Shown in pieces: positions 12,901 through 20,966 of a stretch of 64,000 nt of DNA (within the stretch, counting starts at the first letter, position 1; the number at the start of each line of letters is the position of its first letter). A model generated the notes under the pieces. The model had not been told where the DNA came from, did not search any database, and was given only the letters and a program-made list of their open reading frames with translations. The position numbers were made by a program, and so were the translations under genes. Source of the DNA: an uncultured Rubripirellula sp. (GTDB taxonomy: Bacteria > Planctomycetota > Planctomycetia > Pirellulales > Pirellulaceae); assembly GCA_938085445.1 (NCBI GenBank), contig CALKGR010000002.1, positions 32,001 to 96,000 of the forward strand. Reading direction: 5' to 3'.

Positions 12901-13374
12901 ACGATCATCATCAGGACGCGTCGCCAGCGAATCACTTGCGATCGTAACACTTCCCGGTGCACCCCAGGGAATCAGGGACTGCGCCCTTGCAATCGCAGCG
13001 GAAAGAGGAGTTGTACCGCGTCTCGTCTGATCTTCAATTATCGAAACAGAGGAAAATCCGGAGACATCATCAGAAGCCAACGGGTCACCAAAGGTCACCA
13101 GATGACAGTCGGGGGACTTCTGGAATTCCGCGATCTGCGCCAAGGACTGCGTTTTCGCAGCATCGGAAATACTCCCACTACGATCAAGCACCAGAACTTT
13201 GCAAGGCGTCACTTCTTCCACGTCCAACTGTGGCATCGCCATTGCAACAGCTACCGCAAGAAAAATAACTGAGCGTATCAAGTTCTGGAGGGTGTTCTTA
13301 CCCTTCCATGGCCCTATCCACGGAACAAAAGCAAACAGCGATAACAACAGCATGAACGGGTGTAACAGGATCAC
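3925..13374 (-). CDS. Giant (~3150 aa) membrane protein: vWA + GATase1-like (DUF1355-type) with inserted vWA, fused to a long TPR-rich region
   Basis: N-terminal TM segments; VLVLDRSGS (vWA1); LVMLDD..GLVMSGGRASFGGGGW..LLPIEL and PVLASWRYGLGRV (GATase1-like halves); IVIDTSGSM..GGGT..LTDG (intact MIDAS vWA2); many TPR-like helix pairs after aa ~900. Likely GTG start 13374 overlapping the upstream TGA (GTGA). Confidence 0.85.
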   Translation of the reverse strand: MILLHPFMLLLSLFAFVPWIGPWKGKNTLQNLIRSVIFLAVAVAMAMPQLDVEEVTPCKVLVLDRSGSISDAAKTQSLAQIAEFQKSPDCHLVTFGDPLASDDVSGFSSVSIIEDQTRRGTTPLSAAIARAQSLIPWGAPGSVTIASDSLATRPDDDRAIAALREQEIPVHWVQLETLTRPATPVSVNWPSPLRKGADSRVNVRLVLPARGATGALILKSGKTELARSAFRGAGEQQVPLNFEPEGAGFLDAVVVAQDSDGSEQELAVVLPILPPHQLLYLGDRQSGAAGKLASMLGPSFEVATGETSDPVKLGEALIRTDLVMLDDQPAEQVSSVAEQQLVKAVQDDGLGLVMSGGRASFGGGGWHDRPIENLLPIELVQKEEKRDPSTSLVIVIDTSGSMSGVRVQLAKEVSRLAMKRLLPHDKVGIVEFYGAKRWAAPLQPASNAIELQRALNRMDAGGGTVILPALEEAFYGLQNVDTRYKHVLVLTDGGVESGDFESLMRRMSNEGINVSTVLAGGGYHSEFLVNIANWGKGRFYNVPNRFNLPEILLKQPSTTKLPSYRPGQHVVQARGGPGWWGDVDTAQLPNLAGYVESKPRIGSEVLLETVSEKHPVLASWRYGLGRVTTLTTEPMGEGTTPWQKWPDYGNALARILQRSTADMREPFQYAAEFDGGDLLLHAIRQQPRGIATAEVGPRARLFESLDEVVFQRRSPDRYLARMPIPPMGQTLRLETSATSTPSRWNLMAVRSPIAAEEFADPANSLDAETLTTLTGGQRMSPTSVWSDAPASQTSGKTLLSLAPWLYALALGAFFAEIVLRRLPRRVKPLSNVINASIAAAVFAVLLSAPSAMGQEGPRGDVIVAANKLIDDCTKSGVSDQAVADFFDTAILKEGNLQSTLDWLAESTDDLTVKRNQVVAEIEVKLAARRGDLQRASDLMMDLLKQKEIKGSRLDLRLLQAKFHDALGETEAAKALYTELTQADLSEDDKQTVSLRLALMGLLGDSKARQGSDAKPLIDLASKSDDIGFKNRAANVLAVQNRHADALKLFTVTGTGTARFRSASRVTEWAIRANERDRAIDTAWQAVESASLKRDRNYSLALLVESYRLKEKTAGVEALVDEFKRRNDDLEPMTAEMQRVWIDLLRELGRYDDAIALFRKTTDAASGFTVEMRRELLELEGEAGNTEQMIATYRQLIQAEPDELAWRGGLTQILLERGDKQDAVALWDDYVTQTQRTSVLMSAAQTLGELGLDRLASKTVERMVDLRGNHGQALLYWADLQQRRGDVEGAEVTLNRVQSLDDVGDDVRAELASAYERIGRQDKAIEVNEAIRATREVVAEDLEMRLAWLYSEVGDEDKALDQWLALWRKITSIPRRRYVEDRLMTVASRLGTLADIAIEIEEKLSDGTADAREAGLLVRIYSRVNDSVAATEISEEYMSQTGKDVVDQLQEKGRIYQICNDYWNYEKVIEQLIEVDPEGETEYLRQLALSMLERGKAQEARKVLMNLRTADDGKDSIGGEFEAGVLSLVGMKEEAADAYRQAIATHPDRIESYLLLANLLKENNQTERAVGMFQYLAENAERDDMFTIAIDGLLNMEAKGRNMQWARRITLERLAGREDKNYLYQLLSDLSSEVNDKAGQIRAMENSLAVSGSRRLSVLRECMELSSKIRGGVYYSSSSRGPTNKGNLPFFAFGRRLIGLNELMPPQVFLDLGKAFLDDGDTQSAERTFGMARNLADPRSYQREVAEIFEKAGKIPEALARYDRLLRTSPSDVPLMARVAKLNESERKDAIAFRFYQGGLNLLLSQTPLTTREAAKNSQNRYWNNNRDAYQTYSDELLMGMLVTVPDDAIDQMLGEQRERLVADLEQLAKIQTEANIASELSEAPRIDKRFKQLQRMYMAVSQLEPIEEIDAMLLKRFPKDQALFANIVNLRLSAGRRDSLRRLLETSGLTDTQQTRINDVLGKIKPSPGDTALSAEVMWKGLRPAWLADDREESLMWLRRLNQKSVTGRNGRPSYVIVNGRAVMQQRSGLGDVRIWMRLAVALGDDGLALQLARANISRQSFQTQQAFYNMCREILPKERFSELVRYATNYQKQKPERLANYLWLLSEMREYVDDLQPNDGELLSLIQKGNLRLGYTFPFPVAMKVFPESIRADAFAETLDTVTPKTLPQELIRVPFNYKEAIDDETKKVILAAMSDGIDAALQDNYLRYCSYYMPRGGTVLVCAENEDLATKMLDLLIAEKVMKRESNIAKMAQVVKAMLLFQSGKKQEGISLALKTGSPFVTATDSYLRQLRTWAFKEFLMDNPEAFWKTLQADDEKSEVSVADYDNRISLVSRIRATDLLANLYAEAANKYPNVTKFTSSASRSSARPENVYQEIESQMKRLKSLQAKKDVSDSAKHVKEQDAIRTRLSVLWNSVDHPVNGMKFWTVVDEHSREAYEQARKKEQEGKGTDGKGAAKPPVEVLGGNVDTIGGSSKAVDGSARKAVALKPMPPNPTGLGKANAGKPNPAAAAGAPVKLIKSKPSGGVTQKKPDPIKEKKYAKGVQGVKDALDAGDEAGVIRSIRSMWRTLPPVTASPYGSRVVSRPMNYSWPVPRATSKTKGVRESVAEKTKSEASKKAAEAVVKARLRQRGGLSVFIPAVRAASAPRPTAWDVLAEYSYTLPEMRRIVRSSFIAPGNAKAVSLGLLRAERLAKGDELVLAGLVKDIQEGRGSQRVLDGFFQLVSEKPELIDQSNKWVLDLLTDQLGIKNGSEAQSLAPLYAQVGDLDTAAMLYRVSAFFPSKSVKHFSSLVADARRFFGGDELLTLVESMFDTVYDRRLALPAVLDLRHELLSAKDAADAARRDFPIESVVHDIYDVETLVSGVAVFSADGDYKRAVECVDTLLRQHGNPFVPRLVNSSQYYMSRTTSRPWVLTRQNYLDLFPEVDPGSASKSAEWLRNASIAVSSLRTDESVKGEAVAEALLTIAYRQSEAGEVEAVRKTLELVDETLLKKALKLDLLAIDLFRKAGLSSRAVEVQERMQQVGNLPYVRFGEFVRDTALSSGEDKATERFNELVELSMAKDLLAAGREVAGEDQAKLKRIAALQSQKTAAEREYQRRLKAAEERKAGGNKVTSSEPGKQVGAVPGKTRALPLVPAVKMQIQLQPKP

Positions 13375-14954
13375 GGCAAACGCCCCTTCTGATATAACGC
13401 CCACTCAGCGAGCAACATGACAACCACCAAGATTCCAATCCAGACGGTAACATTGAAACCTGAACCAAAACCGTAACTGGGAGAGGGCTCAACTGTTGCC
13501 GCAACCACAGCTGGCCTCGTCAAACGAGTCACTTGCAACTTGCGTCCGTCAGCTGCAGTGGCAGTTAAGTCTGCAATGCGATCGAAAGCAGGTCTCGCGA
13601 CGGGCAATCGCTCGCCTTGTTCCGCCCATGGAACCAGAACAGGACGGTCCGCCAGCCAGCGAATCGAGCGTGCGACAAAAATCGGACAGGCACGACTTTG
13701 CTGAAAGTTATATGTTGAAGAGAACAGGTTTTTCCAAACCGAGATTTTCCGTTGAGCCGCCGCCGCCACCTGCACATCGACCACCCGTCCACTTTGCTGT
13801 GCAAGTGCCGTTGCATCAATTTGCCGTAATGCCAACTCATCGATCAATACCGACAAAGCCGAGGCAGCGTCTTCAACATCCGTATCAATCTGAAATGCCG
13901 GTTGACCATCTGACCGTAAACGCAGATCAGCATTCTCACTGTCACCTACCAACAGGTCAGGCTGATCCTGCACCTCCAAGCACGCGGGGTCGAGAAGAAT
14001 CAGTTGTTTCAGCACCTCCGGCGTCCCCGCACCGAAAGTAATTCTGATTGGGTCTCGACGCGGAAGCGTGATTGCACCCACCTCGCTAGCCTCATGGATC
14101 AATCGCAAGACACCGCCCTGAGCAGGTACATTTTTTAGGACATAGTCACCCGCTTGCGTTGCCTGCACGTCCCCCACAAAAGGCTCTCTATCAATCGTGA
14201 TTTGAAGCTTTTCTAGTTTAAATTTGTCTGGCGCCGCGACCGAAAACAACAGGTCAACCGTCTGCCAGACGCCCGACACCGCATCAGAGACCCCCAGGGA
14301 GCGAAGAACAGGTTTCCCCATCGCTGGACCTCGATCCAACCGGTACACAGTCACTGCCTCTGGCAGAGTATCAAGGTAACGCTGGTCGACCTCAGTATCA
14401 CCGACGATATGTATTGTGAGCGGGTTGCCGTCTCCGGCGCGTGTTGACAATGATTCCAAAGCCCATTCCAGTCCTGTCGATGCGGCCGTTGGCTCTCGCT
14501 CACGCCGCAAATTGGCTAACTGAACCGGTTCTCCACTCCGCAGCAGAGTCTCCAACTGCGGACCGGCATGCACAATTTCTCGATTCATCAAGGGTAATCG
14601 GGAGGCCTTTAAGGTCGCCAAATCGAAATCCGCAGCAGCAAGCGTCGGATCCGCAATACTCCCATCCAGTAGGACTACATGCTGCATCTGATCCACAGCA
14701 CTCCACCTCGGACCCGCAACAAGAATCCACAGCAGAGACGCAATCAGAACCAGCAGTAGCCACGCAGGCCAATGTCGAAATCTCTGAACAAACACTCGTG
14801 CCCGAGTTTCCTTGACAGCAGCCTGCCAGAACAAGGTGCTGGCTACTTCGACCTCTCGATGCTGAACTCGCAAACGCTGCAGCAGGGCCAACCCAAATGC
14901 GATAACACCTATCCCGATCAATGTCGCCAAGGTTGAAAACAATGTAAAAGTCAT
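13371..14954 (-). CDS. BatA-domain (N-terminal double-TM) membrane protein with degenerate vWA
   Basis: LLQRLRVQHREVEVASTLFW..WLLLVLIASLL..AGP is BatA-like; HVVLLDGS; C-terminal TM ending LLAEWALYQKGRLP; follows DUF58 and MoxR. Confidence 0.8.
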   Translation of the reverse strand: MTFTLFSTLATLIGIGVIAFGLALLQRLRVQHREVEVASTLFWQAAVKETRARVFVQRFRHWPAWLLLVLIASLLWILVAGPRWSAVDQMQHVVLLDGSIADPTLAAADFDLATLKASRLPLMNREIVHAGPQLETLLRSGEPVQLANLRREREPTAASTGLEWALESLSTRAGDGNPLTIHIVGDTEVDQRYLDTLPEAVTVYRLDRGPAMGKPVLRSLGVSDAVSGVWQTVDLLFSVAAPDKFKLEKLQITIDREPFVGDVQATQAGDYVLKNVPAQGGVLRLIHEASEVGAITLPRRDPIRITFGAGTPEVLKQLILLDPACLEVQDQPDLLVGDSENADLRLRSDGQPAFQIDTDVEDAASALSVLIDELALRQIDATALAQQSGRVVDVQVAAAAQRKISVWKNLFSSTYNFQQSRACPIFVARSIRWLADRPVLVPWAEQGERLPVARPAFDRIADLTATAADGRKLQVTRLTRPAVVAATVEPSPSYGFGSGFNVTVWIGILVVVMLLAEWALYQKGRLP

Positions 14955-15853
14955 GCCACGTAACTCCCACCTTCAAACAGTTGGGACAATTGCTGCATCA
15001 CATCGCTTTCATGGTCCAGAAACAGAAGGTTTCCCTGTCGACTGCGTGCAAAGTCCCGCAGCCTTTCGAAGTGTCCATCGTAAGCATTTCGATATTCTTC
15101 CATGACCGAAGCCGTTACCGAAACATCCTGCATGTCACCCGTTTCACAGTCCCGCACCCGAATATCGCCCTGCAACCCGGGTTCCCTATCCTCTTGGCAA
15201 CTGACGGCAACCAACAAGGGGCGATGCCTGGTGCGTTTCAATTCGGCTGTCATCACTTCGATGCCGTGGGGATCAAAGAAATCCGAGATAATGACAAGCA
15301 ATCCTTCCCGCATCCGCAACCCTCTAAGCTTCGACAAGGAGGTGGCAAGGTCCGTTCCCCCTGGCTTGTCTCGCGCCTTCTCGGCCGCCCGGCTCATCGA
15401 TTCGGCAAGCAAACCGAGCCGTCCACGCCCCGAAGTCGGCCTGATCGAACTGTCCAGATCTTCACCGAACGGTAAAACGCCGACGCGATCGTGCTGATCA
15501 AGCCCAATCGACGCAAACGCAATCGCCACCTTCATCGCTGTGATGGCTCGTGGCGTGGCATCATGCCACATGCTCCTAGAAAGGTCGGGCATCAAATAGA
15601 TAGGCAAATCTTCCATTTCTTCAAAAAGCCGAACCACAAAACGCCCGAGCCTGCGATAGACGTTCCAATCAATCGTCTTTAACTCGTCACCCGGTGAGTA
15701 GGGTCGATAGTCGCGGAACTCCATTCCTTGACCACGATCACGGGATCGATGTTCTGCCCATCGTCCCGCGGGCGCAACCCGCCTCGCAACCACGCGCATG
15801 GCGTTCGCCTGTTGCAGGAAGTCAGGATCAAGCAAATTGAATGGATCGTTCAT
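14951..15853 (-). CDS. DUF58 protein (MoxR-associated, vWA-like)
   Basis: GQGMEFRDYRPYSPGDELKTIDWNVYRR, DLSRSM, IISDFFD. Likely ATG 15853 (track start 15877). Confidence 0.92.
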   Translation of the reverse strand: MNDPFNLLDPDFLQQANAMRVVARRVAPAGRWAEHRSRDRGQGMEFRDYRPYSPGDELKTIDWNVYRRLGRFVVRLFEEMEDLPIYLMPDLSRSMWHDATPRAITAMKVAIAFASIGLDQHDRVGVLPFGEDLDSSIRPTSGRGRLGLLAESMSRAAEKARDKPGGTDLATSLSKLRGLRMREGLLVIISDFFDPHGIEVMTAELKRTRHRPLLVAVSCQEDREPGLQGDIRVRDCETGDMQDVSVTASVMEEYRNAYDGHFERLRDFARSRQGNLLFLDHESDVMQQLSQLFEGGSYVA

Positions 15854-15949
15854 ACGAAACAGAATCGAGTGAGGCAAAGAGGCAAAGACAGTAGCCGCAA
15901 TCAGCTAACCCTGTCGTCTGGAAATCACTGAAGACGCAAACCAAACTTT

Positions 15950-16948
15950 CTATTTCAGTACTTCAGCGATCACATCATCCGAGGTGACTCCGTCAGACAT
16001 ACCCTGGAAATTCACCAGCACACGATGCCGAAGAACGTCATGCGCTACCGCTTTCAGGTCTTCCGTTGCAACCGCATACCTGCCTTCAAGCAAGGCACGG
16101 ACTTTACCAGCAAGGATCAGTGCCTGGACACCACGCGGGGATGCTCCTAACGCAACGACCTCATTGACCATCGGAGCCGTGTACTCATTCCCCGGTTGAG
16201 TCGCCATGACCAACCGAATCGCATCGGTTTCTACATGTTCTGGAACCGGCACTGCCCGTACCACCTGTCTCATCCGAATCACGGTATTCGCATCGGACAC
16301 GGGTTTCAGTTCCACTTGCTCATTGGAAGTGGTACGTCTGAGGATGGTGCGGTAGTCATTTTCAGCGGGATAGCCGACCACCAATTTGAACAGAAATCGA
16401 TCGAGCTGTGCCTCGGGCAAAGGGTAAGTTCCTTCCTGCTCTACCGGATTTTGTGTCGCCATCACGCAAAAAGGATCTTCCAAGTGGATCGTCCGTTTAC
16501 CAACAGAAATCTGTTTTTCCTGCATCGATTCCAACAACGCTGCCTGCGTTCGCGGCGTTGCCCGATTGATCTCGTCAGCGAGCACCAGATTGGCAACCAA
16601 GGGCCCCGCTTGAAACTCAAGCTTGGTTCCGCCAGCTTCATTCTCCGTCAGAACATTGGTACCGCGAATGTCAGCGGGCATCATATCGGGCGTGAACTGG
16701 ATTCGACTGAAGCTCAGGTCGATCGCCTTACCCAGAGAACTGACGAGCAAGGTCTTCCCCAATCCCGGCACTCCCTCAAGAAGCACATGCCCCGCAGCAA
16801 ACAAGGCAGCCAAAACACCATCAACAGTGGCATCCTGCCCCACCATCATCCGACCAACCTCGGTTCGAATAGCGGCGTGGACAGAGCGGAATTCTTCAGC
16901 AGCTTCGCGAGCTTCGGCGGGGGTATCAGCGGACAAGGTAGAACTCAT
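15950..16948 (-). CDS. moxR: MoxR-family AAA+ ATPase
   Basis: HVLLEGVPGLGKT, RIQFTPDMMPADI, LADEINRATPRTQAALLESMQE, ATQNPVEQEGTYPLPEAQLDRF, GASPR, LRHR. Confidence 0.96.
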   Translation of the reverse strand: MSSTLSADTPAEAREAAEEFRSVHAAIRTEVGRMMVGQDATVDGVLAALFAAGHVLLEGVPGLGKTLLVSSLGKAIDLSFSRIQFTPDMMPADIRGTNVLTENEAGGTKLEFQAGPLVANLVLADEINRATPRTQAALLESMQEKQISVGKRTIHLEDPFCVMATQNPVEQEGTYPLPEAQLDRFLFKLVVGYPAENDYRTILRRTTSNEQVELKPVSDANTVIRMRQVVRAVPVPEHVETDAIRLVMATQPGNEYTAPMVNEVVALGASPRGVQALILAGKVRALLEGRYAVATEDLKAVAHDVLRHRVLVNFQGMSDGVTSDDVIAEVLK

Positions 16949-18540
16949 GATTGCGGGCTGTCACTTTCTGAGACGTTTGACGTCTGCAAGGAATCGTCGG
17001 AATTAGTTGTATCGCTGTCTCTCCCAGGCGTTCTCAAAGGTGCCTTTTCACGCTGGTCAAGAAAATATCTGCGAACCAGGTTTTGCAACCAGGGTTCAAG
17101 CTCAGGATGATGAATGGGTCCCACGGGACCCTTCAAGGTTGTTCGGTCCTGCGCATCAACCGGATCACTCTCTTCAATTTCGGGAGTGATGCGTTGTTGT
17201 GTAATTCGAATGCGTCCTTTGTTGGGCTGTCCATTGACACGATCAGGAATAGGCACCCCTAGCACCAGAGAAGCAACCCCTCGCGATTTTTTCTGCCCAC
17301 TTGGGCCACCACGACCATTTGCGTCGGGATTCGGCCGTGGATTGCCGAAGCCGATTTGCAGGTCACGATTCACGGGCGTCCGCCGATCACGCATGTTGGG
17401 TTGTACACCTCCACGGGATTCCTGCTCCTCCTCCTCATCGTCAACATCATCTTCTTCTTCGACGTTTTCATTTTCGGGCGTGGCGGCCTGACTGGTACTG
17501 GCCCAGTCACTCGGCGCGGCATTGTTGTCAGAGCCTTTTGATGAACCCTGACCCGCACTCGCTCCGGAAGGCTTTTCATCTTCCTCACGTTCTTTCTTTT
17601 CCCGTTCTCGCTCAGGCTTGTTTTTCTTTTTCTTTTTTTTGCGTGGTGTTTGAGTCTCGTCAGATTTGGACGGCTGCCCCGATGCAGACGGTGCCCCTTT
17701 TGCACTCGAGGGGTTGGAAGACTGCTGGCTCTCTCGTGTCTCTCCCTCATTCAGTTTGCCGTCGGATTCTTCTGCGTTATCCGGAATCGCCGCATTCGCG
17801 TCGCCCTGTCGGTTCGCTGCTTGCTGCTTGCGTGGATTACTCAAACGCTCTTTTTGAATCTCGTCCTCAGTTTCCTCGGACGGATTCTCCGTTTGTTCCT
17901 CAGTATCTACATCGATGACACCGGCGGTCTCCTGCAGTACCGGAGCCTGACCAGATATCCCAGCGTCCCCGACCTTTACCGGCCGGGTGAATTGACCGAG
18001 AAAGAAGACCAACGCAATCAGCATCACGCTGCCTGGAATGGCAAACCAGGCCGCTCGACTCTCAGGCTTTCCCGTTTTGGCTCTGTCTAACCTGGCAACG
18101 GTGCCACGCTTGGCCCATTCCGATGCGTCATCCACCGCTGCCTGCATGAACCCATCGGCTATCGGACGACGCATGAATTCGTCCGCAGTCGTAAGACGTT
18201 CTACCGCGCCAATCTGCTTGTCGGCTGCCAATAACGCCCGCTTTCGGTCGACACTCATCTGTAAAGTCGCCGCCTGATAGAGCAACCACGCAACGGGAAC
18301 CGCAGCGGTCAACCCAACCCAGAGCCACAATGGAAAGATCGAGCCGGCCTGAAGTCCACTCAGAAATCGAACTGCCTGCAATAGCAGCCCTCCTGTTGGG
18401 ACAACAAGCAACAGACCGAACGCCACCGGAACCTTCGCTATCATGGCCGACCTCTGATCCGTCGCTTGGATCTGAGTCGATGCGTTCCAGACGACTGTCT
18501 TGATATCTTCTTCAATTTGCTGTGGTTGCGGACTACTCAC
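16945..18540 (-). CDS. Membrane protein with long charged disordered region (DUF4175-like architecture)
   Basis: Three TM segments, ADKQIGAVERLTTA motif, Q/E/S/K-rich low-complexity middle, C-terminal P..LQNLVRRYF; GTG start preceded by AAGGAG and overlapping the upstream stop. Confidence 0.75.
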   Translation of the reverse strand: MSSPQPQQIEEDIKTVVWNASTQIQATDQRSAMIAKVPVAFGLLLVVPTGGLLLQAVRFLSGLQAGSIFPLWLWVGLTAAVPVAWLLYQAATLQMSVDRKRALLAADKQIGAVERLTTADEFMRRPIADGFMQAAVDDASEWAKRGTVARLDRAKTGKPESRAAWFAIPGSVMLIALVFFLGQFTRPVKVGDAGISGQAPVLQETAGVIDVDTEEQTENPSEETEDEIQKERLSNPRKQQAANRQGDANAAIPDNAEESDGKLNEGETRESQQSSNPSSAKGAPSASGQPSKSDETQTPRKKKKKKNKPEREREKKEREEDEKPSGASAGQGSSKGSDNNAAPSDWASTSQAATPENENVEEEDDVDDEEEEQESRGGVQPNMRDRRTPVNRDLQIGFGNPRPNPDANGRGGPSGQKKSRGVASLVLGVPIPDRVNGQPNKGRIRITQQRITPEIEESDPVDAQDRTTLKGPVGPIHHPELEPWLQNLVRRYFLDQREKAPLRTPGRDSDTTNSDDSLQTSNVSESDSPQS

Positions 18541-20966
18541 TTCACCGTCTCCTTACGTACCAGCTCACATTGACGCGACTGCACAACTTCGCCGGTTTCA
18601 GCATCGCGAACCAACACAATCACCTCAACGCTCTTAGGTTCAATCCGCAGGCCCATTCGTGCGCCCCCTTTGGTTTCGCCTTCTTCAAGCTCTTCGATAA
18701 ACGCTCGATTCTCCTGTTCCAAATCGCCCAGATTCCTCGAGAAACTAAAATCAAGCACCCCCTCGGCATCAGGCAAAAAAGCCACCCCCGAAAGTGAACC
18801 ACGCGTCGCCAACCCTCTAGCAAGCATTCGGTGAATCACTACTCCACTGGATCCATGGAACACAACGCCCCGCTCGGCAACAATCACTTGAATCACCAAT
18901 GGCTTCATGGCCTGGTCCGCGGGCGACCCAATCTCTGGTCCAACAACCCGCACGCTGCCCTTGATTTGGGTCCCATCGAGAACCGCCTGAACCCGCAAAT
19001 CGACCGGGCTGGACTTTGCCAGACGGCTAACGACTGCATTGCGAGTGAGCTTATAGATTTCTTCAGCATCCCGGTGCTTCCCGGCACCCGGCGTGCTAGT
19101 TGTGCCGTCCACCACTTGCACAACTGGACCTCGAACACCAAGCCAACCGGCCATGTGCTGTCCCAGTGGTGTAACCAGCGGCTCGATCCTTGGCACAGGA
19201 AGATGATAGGACAGAAAGACGCATTCACTGTTATTGAAGTGCGAGAGGACCCCCTGATTCCCCAACGCCCCCCCAATCGCACCACCACGGGCTTCGGTGC
19301 CGATATAGGCATTGGTAAAAAACTCAACGACACTTGTACGATTGGTACGCTGGGTGGAATCAACGAGAAATTGATCCGGCGCCGAAAAATTCCGGACGCG
19401 GCCACTGATCATTCGATCAATGGACTCGATTGTCATGCGTTCTTGCGGCGGCAAGTCCTTATCCATTCGAACAAGCGACTCCATCGCCAACTCACTGCTT
19501 TCTTCCTTCACCAGTGCCTGAATGTATCGACTGAAAGCACGCTTGGCTTTTCCATCGGCTTCATAGACTCGCGCCAAATTCAGATTGATCATGCCATCCT
19601 CGGGAAGCCCAAAAGCGGCGGACAACAGATGCCGCCAAGCTTCGCGATTGTCACGGGGTAACAGCAGTTCGCCCAGACGCCCATGAAGCTTGTAATTCGC
19701 CTCAGGGTAACGGTCCTTCCTCGCGCTTTTGACACCTATCTCGCCCGCCGCAATCCCAAGATCAACTTCTCCTTCATTGACCAACTCTTCCATCAAATCA
19801 AATAAGCGGGTCGCACGCAGATCTGCCTTCATTGTGTCGTTGATCCATTGAATTGCAGCAGCGAGCTCATCGGTCTCTGCGCCTTCATCCAGCATCAACG
19901 TCAACAAAAACTCCGCAGCTTCCCGCCCCAGCCGCGTGTCACCATTTTCTTCAAGCCATGCAAGCACCAGATCCCGGTCCTCAGCCACCATCGCCTGAAA
20001 CCATTTCAGGTCCTGTGCTGGAAATTGTGGTGACCGCGCGGCACGCACCGTTGCAAGTAGTGACCGACGATCAATGTGGATCCTGAACTTCTCGAGTAAG
20101 TTGATCCCCATCACACCGGCAACACCATCTGGATGGACCTGCACCACCTCAGTGGGACGGAACGCTACGTGGGGTGAGAAATCAATCGTTGCGCATCTCA
20201 GTGGGCCAACATTGCCAGCCGGACGGCGCAACGAGTTGCACAACCGACGCTCGAGACAAGTGTCGTACCGCGACGATCCAATTGCCAAAGCCCGGCTGAG
20301 CGATTTTCCTTTGTCATCAGTCTGTTCAGCTTCGCCTGCATCCGGCCCGGGCAAACTGACCGGTAACCAGACCAGATCATTCTGCAAGGTGATGGGGGTG
20401 ATGATCTCTCCGTCGCCCTCCACCGGCTGATAACCCGCAAGCTGCCCCGCAGTTGCCAATGTGATCCTATTTTGAGGCAAATCAAAAATGACATCAAAGT
20501 GTTTCAACACGTGAGCACCAATGGCTCCAGTCAATGCGTTTTCACCAATTTCCGTGGAGTGGTATTTCGTGAACTCCTCAAAGTCTTCCTCCGGGCCCAA
20601 CTCCCGTCTGGCCACCTCAAGCGCAAAGTCACTGAAGTGCAGGGTAAGTGCATTGGGCTTTCCGGCTGGCGTCTCGGCAGGAAGAGGAGTTGCCGCACGA
20701 TTGTGAAGTTGCAGGCCATAAGCCCCATCGAAATCCAGCCACAAATTAACGGGCACCCGCAACTTGGGACCAGAGATGTCGCAAGCGACAATCAAACGCC
20801 CGTCAACCACCTTGATCGGAATGACCCCACCGTCATTACTAATGACAGGGGGACGATCGACCGAGTCACTCGATTGTGCCGAAACTGCCACCGGCGCCAG
20901 CAAGCATCCTGCCACCACAAAAAGGCAGGTTTGGAAGCAGTGTATGAATGAATGATTTCGGAGCAT
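18537..20966 (-). CDS. Secreted protein: two retropepsin-like (aspartyl protease-like) domains, TPR-like region, C-terminal thioredoxin/Omp28-like domain; catalytic motifs degenerate
   Basis: Signal peptide (..VAVSA-Q); GAIGAHVLKHFDVIFDLPQNRITL and GVMGINLLEKFRIHID match the Asp_protease_2 C-terminal pattern; VVEFFT..LSYHLPVP..P.QVVDG resembles Omp28/DUF1223-type Trx folds. Confidence 0.65.
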   Translation of the reverse strand: MLRNHSFIHCFQTCLFVVAGCLLAPVAVSAQSSDSVDRPPVISNDGGVIPIKVVDGRLIVACDISGPKLRVPVNLWLDFDGAYGLQLHNRAATPLPAETPAGKPNALTLHFSDFALEVARRELGPEEDFEEFTKYHSTEIGENALTGAIGAHVLKHFDVIFDLPQNRITLATAGQLAGYQPVEGDGEIITPITLQNDLVWLPVSLPGPDAGEAEQTDDKGKSLSRALAIGSSRYDTCLERRLCNSLRRPAGNVGPLRCATIDFSPHVAFRPTEVVQVHPDGVAGVMGINLLEKFRIHIDRRSLLATVRAARSPQFPAQDLKWFQAMVAEDRDLVLAWLEENGDTRLGREAAEFLLTLMLDEGAETDELAAAIQWINDTMKADLRATRLFDLMEELVNEGEVDLGIAAGEIGVKSARKDRYPEANYKLHGRLGELLLPRDNREAWRHLLSAAFGLPEDGMINLNLARVYEADGKAKRAFSRYIQALVKEESSELAMESLVRMDKDLPPQERMTIESIDRMISGRVRNFSAPDQFLVDSTQRTNRTSVVEFFTNAYIGTEARGGAIGGALGNQGVLSHFNNSECVFLSYHLPVPRIEPLVTPLGQHMAGWLGVRGPVVQVVDGTTSTPGAGKHRDAEEIYKLTRNAVVSRLAKSSPVDLRVQAVLDGTQIKGSVRVVGPEIGSPADQAMKPLVIQVIVAERGVVFHGSSGVVIHRMLARGLATRGSLSGVAFLPDAEGVLDFSFSRNLGDLEQENRAFIEELEEGETKGGARMGLRIEPKSVEVIVLVRDAETGEVVQSRQCELVRKETVK

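Noticed and set aside
17632..17638. Slippery A-AAA-AAG heptamer in the poly-Lys codons
   Set aside because: Explained by the Lys run; the -1 frame meets TGA within a few codons and I saw no stimulatory element.
16196..19661. Long plus-strand ORFs (16196-17110, 18831-19661) and similar ones such as 31349-32026
   Set aside because: Antisense shadows of well-supported genes, with no motifs.
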